From Octopus vulgaris (taxonomy: Eukaryota): a DNA stretch of 64,000 bases. Under the pieces are notes generated by a model that did no database searches, was not told the origin of the DNA, and was given only the letters and a program-made list of their open reading frames with translations. The position numbers and the translations under genes are program-made. The DNA is taken from positions 23,002,001 to 23,066,000 of the forward strand of contig OX597814.1 of assembly GCA_951406725.2 (NCBI GenBank), given 5' to 3'. This document shows, piece by piece, positions 24,823 to 38,784 of the stretch (position 1 is its first letter; every line of letters starts with the position of its first letter).

Positions 24823-26681
24823 TTAGAAAAATAATACTATGGAAAGATGACTTAATATTCATTATCTTAAAAGTGACCCCCCACAACACACATATTTGTG
24901 TGTACTAAAAGGACTTTATAATGATCATTTACTATTTTTGAATACATACAATCACAGGTAAAACCAGTTATAAAGCATCTGCTTGATCAGGGCTAACTTG
25001 GGATAAAGCAAATATAACAATGCAATTGACAGCTGCCAATTTAGGCGTGAAGCTTAATTATTCATATTCTATTATCAAGGCTACATTATGTCATTGAAAA
25101 GAATAGCTAACTATTTATGGTATTGCTCACCTACATAATATGGGGAGGAAAAGAATTTTTGAAAATGAGGGAAATGATAAAAATACTTGGTAAGAAGCAC
25201 TTAAAAGTTCACTTTCTGAAATTTTCTCCTTCTCTCTCACACACTCCCCCCTCTCTCTCGCTTTGTTTTACACACATGCCCACACAAACACTCTCTATTT
25301 CTCTCTTTTCCTCACTTGCTCTTACTATCTTTTACACATCTATATATTTTACCCTTTCGTTGAAGTAGATTCAAAGATATACACATACTGCATAGAAACT
25401 ATTTTATTACCACTTCCTTCTCTCTGCGTATATATCCAACATGTAAATAAGATCCCAAATTAAAATGTCAACAAGAACAAACCTATATTAGTAAATTTTC
25501 TTGTTTAACATGTTATAATAGTTATTTAACAGAATAGCTACTACATCTTTATCAAATAACAATATCTTTTAAAAGGTTACAAAATATAAGTGTATGGCAA
25601 GTTCTGTTTTCATTATGATCTACTTTCAAATATGCTGGATTTAGCCTTTAAGAAATCTCTAGAATAATCTATAATTCTGACAATACCTTTCAAACATTTC
25701 TATATATTTCATGTTGTTTGATTATAGCGTGTCTATAGAGACTCAGGTTTGTAATCTTGTATTAAATGCTCAAGGATTGACAAAACAAAGGGGCTTAGTG
25801 GCTGAATATCAGGTTTCATAACTTACAGTGATGAATTAAATCCTGTTTGTGAAACTGGATGCTATAATCTATGAGATGTAAAGCTCCAGCATTGATCTTG
25901 TGAAGTACATGTCATTGGAATTTAACTATATTGAGAACAATATCACCCTGCTACCAACACCATACACTTCTATTCAGATAACATAATACTTTATTCTCGC
26001 TTGTTCTTTAAATCCTATTCCCTGTCTGATACTAATATTAACTTCTTCTATTAAACATTCACTTCTGTATCTATGAGGATCTTTCCTTTATTGCTATGTT
26101 TTGGTGAGGAGATCTGCCAATTTAGTAATATGTAATAACACTAAAAACCAACATCACTCACATCTAGCTGAGTTGGCAGGATGTTGGACAGCCTGTTGAA
26201 GGTTTAAAATTTCATATTAGATCACAAGTATTGCATTATATCCATGGCTTAAGTAATTAACTTTCAAAAGGCCCTGTCTTCAAAGCTGTAAGCAGGCACT
26301 ACTAGTAGACAAAGAACTACAGCTACAAGTAGGAGGGTAAAGGAGAATATATAATATACAAGTGTTTCATTAGGCGATTGTTGTTGAGTGTAAGTTATAT
26401 ACTTATTTAAATTAAGTTATGTGGTTTCTACAAGACACTACATAAGAAGAATGGTTTTAATGTTACTCCAGGAATGAAATTGGTTATGGGCTTCACTAAC
26501 AAATACAAACAAAAACAAAAGAGAGAAACCTATTCTAGTCTGCCGTTTCTCTTATGGCTAGGAAGATACAAAACCTGTTTCATGTCCTATCCTGTTGTGT
26601 GAAACCTACCTCACACAAGTTTCTAGTAGATAGACTCATGCTGACCAGTACTTTTAGAGTGAAACTAATAAACAAAGCATG

Positions 26682-26940
26682 TAGGTGCGTGGCTTAGTGG
26701 TTAGGGTGTCAATACCATGATCTTAAGATTGTGGTTTTGATACGTGGACCAGGTGACACATTGTGTTGTTGAGCAAAACACTTCATTTCACATTGCTCCA
26801 GTCGACTCAGCTGGCAAAAATGAGTAACGCTGCAATAGGCTGGCGTCCTGTCCAGCTGGGGAACACATATGCCATTGAAACCAGGAAACCAGGCCCATGA
26901 GCCTGGCTAGGCTTTAAAAGGGTGCATTTATTATTTATAT
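26682..26940 (+). mobile_element. SINE family C copy
   Basis: Colinear with 23954-24216. Confidence 0.88.
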
Positions 26941-27071
26941 ATTTTTTAATAAACAAAAACTGCATACACACACACACTCACTCACACACACACACAAACA
27001 CACACTCACACACATACACACACTCACACACACACTCTCACACTCACACACACACATACACACACACATTT

Positions 27072-27280
27072 ATAGAGCTTCTATATCCAGGTTATAAATT
27101 CACACTTATACCAACAATAATTGTTGCACTTGGTTTTGTGAGTAAATGCCTAAGTGACAATCTGGAAAAGCTAGGGTTTGCAGAAAAAGAAATCAACCAG
27201 CTAACTCATGCATTATAAATACAAGCTATAACTGGAACAGTAAAAATATGCAAGACTTTTCTCAAGTTTGAAATGTGACA
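27072..27280 (+). mobile_element. C-terminal fragment of an RLE-clade non-LTR retrotransposon
   Basis: LLYPGYKFTLIPTIIVALGFV..LEKLGF..*IQAITGTVKICKTFLKFEM*, resembling the REL C-terminal P..(I)GALG region. Confidence 0.6.
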
Positions 27281-27329
27281 TTGTTCTTCTTGTCTACATT
27301 TCAATGATGGAGCTTTGTCTCTTTGTTAG

Positions 27330-28440
27330 AAACCAACTCCTTCTTCAGAGAAAGAACTGCATATTCATTTATGGTGCTGGGCTTCTGTCTTCTTTCCTGC
27401 TTATTAAAGCCGTAACATTTGTTAAGTCTACCTTGAGGTCTCTGATTTCTAGGTATAGCATCCATGTCTAGAATTTCCTCTTTAATTCCACATAGATTCA
27501 GTTATAGAATTTCCTTTGGCCAGCCAATCTTAAACTCCTCTGTGATGAACTGTAGAACTATAATGAATAGGAAAGGGCTGAGGATTGATCCCTGATAAAC
27601 TCCCTGCCTTTATGCTAATGTCATCACTGAAATAACTGTTGATTCTCACTTTTCTTGCTGCATCTTTACAAATAGCTTATACAGCCCTCACAAACCATTC
27701 ATCTACACCTGCTTTCGCTAGTGACCACCAAATCATTGAATGGTACCTTGTCAAAGGCCAATAAATGCCATGTCAGGAATAGTAGTTTACTTTTAGCTAA
27801 GCATTTCTCCTGCTGTTGCCTCACCAGGAAAATTGCATTCATAGTACCTCTATGAAGCACAATGCCAAACTGCATTTCATCTAAGTTTACTCTATCAGAG
27901 ATCAGTTATATTGTGGCTCCCTCTCTGACCTTCATGATTTGATCCAGTAGTTTGTTCTTCAATAATTTCCTCTCTGCAAGGAATCTCCTTTGCCTCAATT
28001 ATATTTTTGCGCCCTTTTAAAGCCTAGCCAGGCTCATGGCCTGGTTTCCCAGTTTCAATGGGATATGTGTTCCCCAGCTGGACAGGACGCCAGTCCATCA
28101 CAGCTTAACTCATTTTTGCCAGCTGAGTGGACTGGAGCAACGTGAAATGAAGTGTTTTGCTCAAGAACACAATGCGTCACCCAGTCTAGGAATCGAAACC
28201 ACAATCTTATGATCATGATGCTGACACCCTAACCACTAAGCCACATGCCTCCACATTTTGCCTCAATAAATAGTTCAAAATAATACTGTTATACCAGTCA
28301 TGTGGTAGGACACCTGGATGAAGTATTTTGAGCATCTCCCTGGACATTCTTGATGGCAAAGTAGCTTCCCCTCCCCTTATGTCTTTAAGCCCTTTATATA
28401 CCACACATAGTGGCTTCATTATGGGCTCAGCTACAAAACC
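27330..28440 (-). mobile_element. Degraded RTE RT fragment, interrupted by a SINE
   Basis: Minus strand shows DEMQFG, AIFLVRQQQEKCLAK, FDKVP, IWWSL and QGSILSPFLFIIVLQ remnants. Confidence 0.75.
28000..28256 (-). mobile_element. SINE family C copy
   Basis: Reverse complement of 26682-26940, with an 11-bp TSD TTTGCCTCAAT (27989, 28257). Confidence 0.9.
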
Positions 28441-30660
28441 AAAAATCAAAATCTTTGAAAGAGCAAGAGGTTAAACTTTCTTTCAAAGTAGAATGGTATA
28501 GGTGACTGAAGCTATTCTTGTCTATTACTTGCAGAAGTTTCTAAGAGCTAGAAAGAGTTGTCAGAAACTTAAATCACACCTACTGCCTTTAAAGGAATGA
28601 AAAATTACAGTGAACAGTATGGTTTCTAATATAGAAAAAGGTAGGATGGTCATAGTTGGAATGCCTCCCTATCAATGCAGACCTGGGGTTAAACAATCTC
28701 ACCAATAATGTCTATATCTATTCAGTTCTAACAATCACTTTATCTATGTTCTCCACCCTCTTTAGAACTGTTGTAACTATCTGCCACTATCAATAGCTGA
28801 ATCTACCCACTACTGACAAACAATTACAGAAGCCTACCTCTGACAAACAACAACTAATGCTAACACATACTACCCGTATAATATCTACACCAAACAACAT
28901 TATATCCTTCGTTTTACTTGACTAGAACAACTCTAAATTAATTATAGATTCTAATGATCTGCTAAATCACTTATTAGATTCTATATGCCAAAATACGAGT
29001 TATTTTCCTAATAAATTTGATTTTCTAAACTTTCACATTGTAACTTTCCTTACTCAAATTTCATGCAACTTGAAGAAACATCATCAAGAAACTTATTTTC
29101 AAATTGATTTTCATGAAATCCTAATTCAATAGATATCTGTTGATGTAAATGACAGTCTGAATTCAATTTGGCACAAACACGTTACAATGCAAGCCATATA
29201 GATTAAGGGCAGATAAGATATGTTGCTGTTTGTTAGACAACTTCTTGAACAGTCCCCCTTTAATATTGTGTTTGGCAAAGATCTAAAATTCTAACTTACA
29301 AAAATTTGTATCACCCTACAGTCAACATGGACTGACTCATACTTTGTTATTCCACAACAAACAATTTAATCTATTCTCACACACACACACACATACACAC
29401 ACACAAACAAACAGAGTAAAAACTGGAAATACAAGTTAAACCTTTTTCTGTTTCATTGAAATAAGCTGACAACAGTTCATATGATTAACATAATTTCAAA
29501 GAGAATGACAGCTCTATTAACATTTTTTCACAGAGGATTTCTTCCTAAAAATAAGAACTGATAAGTAATACATTATCTTAAAAGATTTTTCTAGAACATT
29601 AGGTGTAAATTTGCATATTACATAAGACGAAGTAAGCAATGATATTTTACAGTACCAAGGACAGAGATTCACTGTACAGGTTAACTATAACAGATTTTCA
29701 GCTAAAATAAAACAATATTTTTGTTAGCAAATAGTTTAATCTAGACAAAACAAAATAATTAAACTATTTAGATTATAATTCATTTAGAATTGCTGTCACT
29801 GGCCACAATCAAATTGTTGAAATCAGTACAATAATGTATACATATATGTGCGTGTGTGTATATATATATATATATACTTACATGGAAATGGATGCATCAC
29901 ATTCAATTAAATAAAAATATATATATTCATACTCTAGTCACCACACTCTCAGAGCAGCCATCCCCCTACAGACTTGGTCACCTAGGTAGCAAATATAATT
30001 ATATATAGAATTATTAATTTAGTATATATATATATTTTATATATATATATATATGTATATATACACACAAATATATATATACATATATGTACACATATAC
30101 ATACATACATACATACATACATACATACATACATACATACATACATACATACATACATACACACATACATACATATATTCATATGAATAATATATATATC
30201 ACTCACACACATATATCATCATTAGATGAAATATGCTGAAGCAGATATTCTATGACCAGATATCTTTCCAGCTATCAATCTTTACCTATTTCTATACAAG
30301 GTAATGTTTTCTGAAGAAACTTCAAACTCAAAAAGCACTATTTCATGGAAGAGAGTAAAATGAATTACACTGCTTATATGACAGTGATACTCATTTACAA
30401 CCAGTGAGAAATCTCAAGATAAGGAAACCTGAGCACAAACAGACACACACTTGTGAACATATATCATATTCCTTTGGTTTCTGTCTACCAAATTCATTCA
30501 CATAGCTTTAGTTAGCCTGGTGCTCTAGTTAGTAAAAGATGCTTGTTTAAGATGGCACACAGTGGGACTGAACACTAAGCAATGTTTTAAAATATAAACT
30601 TCTTAACTATACAGCCTTGTCTGTGCCTATATATATATATATATATATATACATATGTCC

Positions 30661-30853
30661 CCTGGCACCTGTGCCGGTGGCACGTAAAGAGCACCCGCTA
30701 CACTCATGGAGTGGTTGGCATTAGGAAGGGCATCCAGCTGTAGAAACACTGCCAGATCAGACTGGAACCTGGTGCAGCCTCCTGGCTTCCCAGACCCCGG
30801 TCGAACCGGCCAACCCATGCTAGCATGGAAAACGGATGTTAAACGATGATGAT
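30661..30853 (+). mobile_element. Family F (RTE 3'UTR-type) copy
   Basis: Same terminal module and (GAT)n tail. Confidence 0.85.
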
Positions 30854-30867
30854 ATATATATATATTT

Positions 30868-31169
30868 GAAAGCACATGGCTTAGTGGTTAGAGTATTGCA
30901 ATCACGATTGTGGGATTGTGGGTTTGATTATCAGACCTGGGGGTTGCGTTATGTTCTTGAGCAAAGCACTTCATTTCATGTTGCTCTACGATCATTTTGT
31001 CATCTGACATGTGGCACACAGTGCACCTGTACAGGTAATGTCAATTTGATGGAGGGAGTGAGCTTATGTGTACACAAACATTTGATCACTATAAACAAAT
31101 CATCTGTGTGGTTGTTTGGCAAGAAAATGCCATACTCTTATATATCGTCTAATGACAGGAGAGTCCATG

Positions 31170-31172
<3 letters not shown>
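30868..31172 (+). mobile_element. tRNA-derived SINE (head shared with families C and D, distinct body)
   Basis: CATGGCTTAGTGGTTAGAG..GGTTTGATT..GTTCTTGAGCAAAGCACTTCATTTC. Confidence 0.7.
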
Positions 31173-31205
<33 letters not shown>

Positions 31206-31211
31206 TATGTA

Positions 31212-31868
31212 CTAGCTTAAAAGTTACCCTATCGGGCAGTATATAGCTTTTAAGCTACTGACCCTGAATTGGAAAATCTGCAAACAGATATCTAACTTGT
31301 TTTCGAGAAATTGTTGTAATTGTTTCCTCCAGAGTCATATTTCAATAACGATCATATTCATCGCCAAAAAATCCTGTAAAAAAATCACCGAAAATAATTG
31401 CTGGATTTTGCAATTAATTTCGATTATTTCCAAAATTATTTCCGAGTTATAAAAATTGTTATCATACAAAAAAATTCCTTGCAAAAGATCATGTAAAAAA
31501 ATTACTATAAACAGTCACAGTAGTAAAAACTTATGAATCCAAAATTTCAGGATTGTGAGTCTAGATTCAGCCCAGAGTGTTTTAAATTTATTCACAGAGC
31601 CAGCCTTTAGATTATAAAAATTGTTATTGAACAAAAAAATTTGTCTCAAAAAGGCACATAAAAAATTCGTCAAAAACAACTCCAATAATGAAAACTTGGG
31701 GATCCAAAATTTCAGGATTGTGGGTTCAGATTTAGCTCTGAATGTTTTAAATTTACTCTCAGATTTAGCCTGATTCCAAAATGGTATGATATGTTGGGCT
31801 ACGGCTTCTAGGAGTAAATTTGAAAATGTGTGACACACTGACACACTGACATTTGCATTTATTATATC
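31212..31868 (-). mobile_element. Non-autonomous Helitron-like element
   Basis: Minus-strand 3' end: hairpin TGCCC-GATA-GGGTA about 10 nt before CTAG|T. Internal ~165-bp subrepeats (31538, 31703). The 5' end merges into a TA run, so a TC start is not seen. Confidence 0.55.
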
Positions 31869-31935
31869 ATATATATATATATATATATCATCTATTGGAC
31901 AATAAACTTTGCTTATGAAGACCTATTGAGGCAGC

Positions 31936-32420
31936 TAAATCAAATCAAAATCACTGACATGGCTGATGACAATACCACCTGATTGGCACTTGTGCCAGTG
32001 GAATGTTAAAAGCAAATCTGAGCGTGGCTGTTGCCAGGACCACGAAGTGGCTCCTGTGCCGGTGGCACATAAAAAGCACCATTCGAGTGTGATCATCGCT
32101 GGTGACATGTGAAAAACAACTTTCAAGCTTGGTCGATGCCAGTGCTGCCGGACTGGCTCCTATGCAGGTAGCACATAAAAACACCTTTTGAGTGTGGTCA
32201 TTGCCAGAATCGCCTGACTGGCCCTCATGCTGGTGGCATGTAAAAGCACCCACTACACTCTCGGAGTGGTTGGCATTAGGAAGGGCATCCAGCTGTAGAA
32301 ACTTTGCCAGATCAGACTGAGCCTGGTGCAGCCTTCTGGCTCACCAGTCCTCAGTCAAACCATCCAACCCACACCAACATGGAAAGTGGATGTTAACCGT
32401 TGATGATGATGACGACGATG
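31936..32420 (+). mobile_element. Family F (RTE 3'UTR-type) copy with several hairpin subunits
   Basis: Repeated GTGCCGGTGGCAC.TAAAAAGCACC units, terminal module and (GAT)n. Confidence 0.85.
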
Positions 32421-33425
32421 ATATACACACACATGCACATGCACACACACATACACACGTACGCACATATACATACACACACATATATGTATACCATCAT
32501 CATCATCATGATCATCATCGTTTTAGTGTCCACTTTTTCGTGCTTGCCTGATTTGGACAGAGTTAAGCTGTCTGTTGTTCAGCAGACAAGAGAAAATATT
32601 ATTTTGCTTGGAAGAAAGTGAGTATTGGTGACAAGAAGAGTTTATGGATGTCATTGGCGGTGATTATTCCCTTTCAGTAGTGGTCTCAAGAATCACATAA
32701 ATAAAATGTTCCATACCAGTTTGACAATCAATGGCAAGGAGTAATGTACCTTACTTGCAAGACAAGTAAGAATTGTTTTCAGGAAAGTCACATGACTATA
32801 GTACAGTCTCAAGAAGTTTTGTCCATCTGTACCAGAATGGAGATGTAGACATAAAAGCGATAATATTGCTGCTGCTGCTGTTGTTGTTGCTGTTGTTAAG
32901 CAACAAGATGGGTAAGGGTGTTAGGGGCGGGAGACCCCAGACCTTGGAAAAAAAAAATTTGGGTTGTCTTGTTGTAATTGAGGGTTCTTTGTTGAAGCCC
33001 AACAACCACTGGGAGGTGACCCTTGAAGTCGCTGGAAATGGGGATCTCCAGGTCCAAATTCTTGAACGGCTGCTGCTGCTGATGATGATGAATGATGGTA
33101 GTGGTAGTGATGATGGTAGTGGTGGTGTGGTAGTGGTGGTGGAGAAGAAAGGACGATGACAACAAGGATAATAAAGATGACAATGATGGTCACGAGGAAC
33201 ATGATGAAAATGACACTGATGAGGATAATGACAATATGCTAATGGCAATGATGGTGAAAACAGGAGAAAGAATCAAACCACCTTTTTTATATACTTGTAA
33301 CTACTGCAACATTATTTACATAGAGATTGCAGCTGTTCCAAAACCATTCTTCGAATACCATTGCCATTTGTCCAGGAATTTTCAAGCAGACGCTTAAATT
33401 CATTCCAAGCAACATAATGTTTTAA

Positions 33426-33645
33426 CCCTTTCGTTACTGTATTTATTTTGAGATGCTCTGTGTTTCTTTCAATTACTTGAAATATAACAAAGAATTTAGT
33501 AAAATAACTTAGTTATCTTTCCGTTGGTGTTAGGAACATAAATTGTGACTAAGGTTTGGTGGAAGATTTTAATTCAGAACTTATGAAAATAAAACATTTG
33601 TACCCGGAGCCAGAGCCGGTTTCAGCCGGGTTGGTATCAAAAGGT
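33426..33645. mobile_element. piggyBac-type MITE
   Basis: TTAA on both sides (33422, 33646). Imperfect TIRs CCCTTTCGTTAC / GTATCAAAAGGT. Confidence 0.75.
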
Positions 33646-34151
33646 TTAAACAAGGCAGTATAATTTAGTATATTGAATTATATTATTAATACAATTTCTA
33701 AATATTAGAAATAGTATATCTAAATATTGTGGTGGCTAAATGTTATCAATCTGACGTAACTCATGCTGATTATAGGCACATATATAAACGAGTTTCTCAT
33801 CATTCATTGACATAGTTGTGTTTAAATACAAATATATCATTATTTACATGTGTGCAAATAATACACATACACAATAAATGAGTTCAGTCATCCTTCTTGG
33901 AGTTGGACAACTGGAATTATCTATCATTAAAGGTTTAATGTACCAAGCACTGCTAAAAGCCTGAAGTTTGATTCACCCATGAGTTAAAAGATTCTATTCC
34001 AAAATATATGAAAGTGCTTGTATCTAAATTTGATTTTTGACCATAGCATAATATATTAAATACCGAAGTTCCAATTAGAAGACTTGTTTTAAGTTTTCCT
34101 TTACTAAACCTCATGATAATCCTTATAATAAATCTTGATTTTTTATGACTA

Positions 34152-34275
34152 TACCACATGGTTCCAGGTTCAGTCCCACTGCATGGCACCTTCGGTAAGT
34201 GTCTTCTACTATAGCCTCGGGCTGACCAAAGTCTTGTGAGTGGATTTGGTAGGCGGAAACTGAAAGAAGCTTGTC

Positions 34276-34309
<34 letters not shown>

Positions 34310-34533
34310 GCATGTTTGTGTCTGTGTTTGTCCCCCCAACATCACTTGAAAACTGATGCTGGTGTGTTTATGTCCCCGTAACTTAGTGGTTTGGCAAAAA
34401 AGAGACTGATAAAATAAGTACTAGGCTTACAAATAATAAGTCCTGGGGTCGATTTGATCGACTAAAGGTGGTGCTCCAGCATGGCTACAGTCACATGACT
34501 GATACAAGTAAAAGAGTAAAAGAGTAAAGAGTA
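34152..34533 (+). mobile_element. SINE family A copy (5'-clipped)
   Basis: Colinear with 48152-48560, with an (AAGAGTAA)n tail. Confidence 0.88.
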
Positions 34534-35159
34534 TACCAACTAGAATGTCTGTCGACTCCCTCAGCTCTACCCCTAACAGATAATGCCCTCTGTTCTCTCA
34601 GCCTTGGATATACAAGGGATTTGATAAACTAGTCTGTAAATCAAAACTGACCCCATAAAGACAAAAATATCAGTGGCAGGCAGAGTCTTCTTGATAATTT
34701 TAGTAACTTCCATGCTGAAGTAGAGATAGCATGTTCTTTGTCTCTTTCCTTAACTTCTTGGAGATTTTAGGTATAATTATACTAATGTGTCCAGCTGTTC
34801 TAATTTTAATTAAATTCTATGTCTTTATGCAGCTGAAGATTGCTCTACATTTTAAATTGATGTAATGATTGCATTGTTCAATTAAATGGAGTTGCATGAA
34901 ACAATCGTACTGCATTACCTCTGGATCCTTGTCACTTATTTTGATATATAAATATATATATATGGACAACACACACTCACACATACACATACATGCATAC
35001 GCACACCTATTGCATACATGTTTTTCGTACACATACATGTGTGTGCGGGTGTTGCCCATAGATCAACAAAACACTTTTTTCCTTGATGGAAAAAAAACAA
35101 CAAAATTCTTAACAAAAACTTACTCGTCGCTAGAAGGGGATCTACCTCCTGTGTGCAAA

Positions 35160-35397
35160 CAATGGTGATTTCTCTGACTTGAGAATTGTTAAAAGTTTTG
35201 GTTGAAAATTTATTTTTACTGCTATTTGCTGGCTGGTGCCTCTGGGAAAAATAAGTTGACGAAAATACAGCTAGGATCATGATGAATGTCCTCCTAAATT
35301 TGGAGCGACATGCATGCTAATTTGTGGACATGCATAAATTGCATTCACGTACACACACACACACACACTCACATCCTGCCTTTTATATATACAGATA
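35160..35397 (-). mobile_element. Possible Helitron 5' fragment
   Basis: Minus strand begins A|TCTGTATATATAAAAGG followed by (GT)n. No 3' CTAG end was identified. Confidence 0.35.
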
Positions 35398-35915
35398 TCT
35401 ATGCCAATGCACACATCCAAATAACAATTTGATATCCGGTATAACTTTACATACATAGATATTCACACACACACACATGCATGCACATACAAACACTAGT
35501 TAACTCAAACTAACTGAAACAAAATCACACAAATTAACAATATAGAGTTCCAGTTATCATAAACCTGCACAGACATAAACACACAGTCACATGCACACAT
35601 ACACACACACACATTCTCTCTCACATACATATATACACATGTACATCAGAACTAGCAATAACTATAAAACTGACTGCGTTTACTTGCCAATAGAAAACAC
35701 TCACATGTATGCATTTATGCTAATACATTAACAAATGGATTCAATGCACACACATCTAGCACACACAAGTCATACATGCAATGAATGATACATACCCATG
35801 CAAATAAGTAGTTCAACAAACCCACAAATACATTTTAAAATCACATCTGAACACCCACATATACACTCACATTCACATTCACACACATAAACATTTCCAC
35901 CCACATAAACACACT

Positions 35916-35956
<41 letters not shown>

Positions 35957-36255
35957 ATGCACGCACACACACACACGCAAACACATAAATGACTGAAGTG
36001 ACAAATTCTACTAGCCCCCAGTGATGGTAACATAATACTTCATGTAAAAGCTTCTGCTTATATCCCATTCTTTTATTTATCTGTTTATTTATAATTCCTT
36101 CTTATTGGTTTTTTACACACATGCACACATGAACAGAAACACACCAGAACCTGAGCCAAACATAAGCCAAAACACTTCCATTAGCCCAAAACTACCACAT
36201 CATACCAAAATAAAATTTGCACACATGCTCATGTGCATGTACACACACACATATG

Positions 36256-36300
<45 letters not shown>

Positions 36301-36387
36301 ATATATATATATATGTGTGTATATATATATATGTGTGTATATATATATATGTATATATACACATACACACATGTATATTATATATAT

Positions 36388-36419
<32 letters not shown>

Positions 36420-36423
<4 letters not shown>

Positions 36424-36475
36424 CAACAATATTAAGGAATGGCCTATCAGGGCCATTCCTTAATATTGTTGAAAT
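36420..36475. repeat. Perfect 25-bp inverted repeat within (TA)n
   Basis: ATTTCAACAATATTAAGGAATGGCC-tatcag-GGCCATTCCTTAATATTGTTGAAAT. Confidence 0.92.
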
Positions 36476-36575
36476 TATATATATATAGTCTGTGACTATT
36501 TTCTCTTTTCTCACTAGACCGCCGGTGGCGAAAAAAATTTCTATTGAATTTTTTGCTACCCTTATATGATTAATG

Positions 36576-36615
<40 letters not shown>

Positions 36616-37480
36616 CATCTGTCTGCTCTTTGACAGGTTTTGATTTTCATTTCGCCAAGTATCCAACACAAAACACTGTCCTTATCAAACAGGTTTGGTA
36701 AGGTTGCCAGTTTCGCTACCGACAGTCTGACTACGTGACAAGTTGTACTGGTTTGTGATGAAGTGGTTATATCAGGATTGAAGATAATCAGATCTGTAAG
36801 CAATTAAAGTATGCTGAGTTAGTGGAAGGTAAGGGGCAAGTGCACAAACTGAAATTAAGGTAGAAGGACTGGATCAAAAATACAATGGGGAGAGTCAAAA
36901 TCTTAGAAAATAAAAGGAAACCTTTGCTCTGTCTCTCTTATCATAGAGGAAAGTAGTGTATGATGAGAGAAGGAAATTCAAAAAAAATTGTATCAAGCAT
37001 GAACTGCTCAAGAGAGATGTTCCTGAGGGTATTGTTGTTAACATGTAATAAGTGTGAGCATGTTTGCCTATGTAAGGCAGGCCTTAGAAGACATCAGAGA
37101 AGCAACACACAGGAAAGTTATTGACTATGCATTATATAGCAACTCTACTTGCAGGGGGTGTGGAAAAGAGTGTGCATCTGGAGGCAGACTAAAAACATCA
37201 TATGAAGGTTCACCAAAACAGTATCATAACACCTACTGTCAGAGGCACCCATCATTACCACATCTGTACAAGAAGGATTGAAAGTCACATTCATGTTGCT
37301 TTTTTGATTAAGAGGACAATCATGCTGCATATTTGTATGCATAATGTGTATGTGTACATATGTATATACATTTATCTATCTTACTATTTCTGACAATAGT
37401 CATTCATTTATGTATTTCTAGTTAAACAAAACTATTTGAAATCGCTTTTATTTACTTAATGTTATATCCTTCATACTTTC

Positions 37481-37713
37481 TTATTTCTTTACTACCCACA
37501 GGGGGCTACACACAGAGGGGACAAATAAGAACAGACAGATGGATAAAGTCGATTATATCGACCCCAGTGCATAACTAGTACTTATTTAATCGACCACAAA
37601 AGGATGAAAGGCAAATCAACCTCGGCAGAATTTGAACTCAGAACGTAGTAGCAGACGAAGTACCGCTAGGCATTTCGCCTGGTGTGCTAACGTTTCTGCC
37701 AGCTCGCCACCTT
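37481..37713 (-). mobile_element. SINE family B copy (CpG-rich, young)
   Basis: Minus strand AAGGTGGCGAGCTGGCAGAAACGTTAGCAC..GAGTTCAAATTC. Confidence 0.88.
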
Positions 37714-37854
37714 TCTAGTGATTGATCATTTTATTCGGTATCAGAATATGTCAAAGTGCCTAAAAACTAATCCTTTCACAGAGATGAGCCAAGCATTCAG
37801 CACCTTCAAAATCTATAATTAAATGAAGGACTTTTATTATTAAATGGTAAACTA

Positions 37855-38058
37855 AGGTGGTGATCTGGCAAAATTGTTAGCACGCTGGACAAAATGCTTA
37901 GCGGTTTTTCACCTATCACTACGTTCTGAGTTTAAATTCCGCCAAGGTTGACTTTACCTTTCATCCTTTAGGGGTCGATAAAATAAGTACCAGTTGAACA
38001 CTGGGGTTGATGTAATTGACTCATCTCCACCTCCCCCAAGCTGCTCTTGTGGCAAACC
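37855..38058 (+). mobile_element. SINE family B copy
   Basis: GAGTTTAAATTCCGCC..GGGGTCGATAAAATAAGTACCAG. Confidence 0.88.
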
Positions 38059-38784
38059 CAGATACTCTCAATTCCCCACAATAAAATAAAATACCCATCC
38101 CAACACCCAGTCAAATCCATTCTTGTTTTTGCTCTGTACATCAAGATACATCTATAATGAAACACGCAATAAACTTTTATTTGTGATGTTTACTTCCTAA
38201 TGTTCTTTGCTCAAAAACACTTGAAACAAGGTTACATAGAATCTAATATTAGAAACAGCCTTCACTCAATGATAATTTTGCTCCTGAATATACTGGAAAG
38301 TCACATTGACATTAAGCTTAAGAATATTTTAACATTCTCATCCTCACTAACCAGTCTGATGGGAAACTTAATATAAAACAACTTGAAACTATTTAATGTG
38401 AAAACCTAGCACAAAAAATATATGGAAATTTACTTAATATTTATACGCAGTGTACGTGTTACTACAATTTACTTCATATTGCGGATTATTGCTAGTAGCT
38501 CTTAAGCCTTTTATAAAGAGAATATAGGTGGTAAAAATGTCAGGTAGTGGCTAATCAAAAGATTTTTCTTTTTTTGTGTGTGTATGTGTGAGTGTGTGTT
38601 TCTTAGTCATTTTAAGAAATGGCAACACCCTTGACTTTTTTTATTTACTGGGCTTTGGAAGAGGCTAGTGAGAGATGAAAAGGAAGAAGGTCTTGGATAA
38701 CCCCTGACTGGAGACTTGATCAAAATGTGAGTTCTACTTCAGGAACCCAGTGGAAGATGGTAAACTAAGTGACAAACTAAGTTT

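Noticed and set aside
32773-33248. Overlapping 90-150-aa ORFs
   Set aside because: They are driven by CTG/TTG/GAT/GGT trinucleotide runs and show no recognisable domain.
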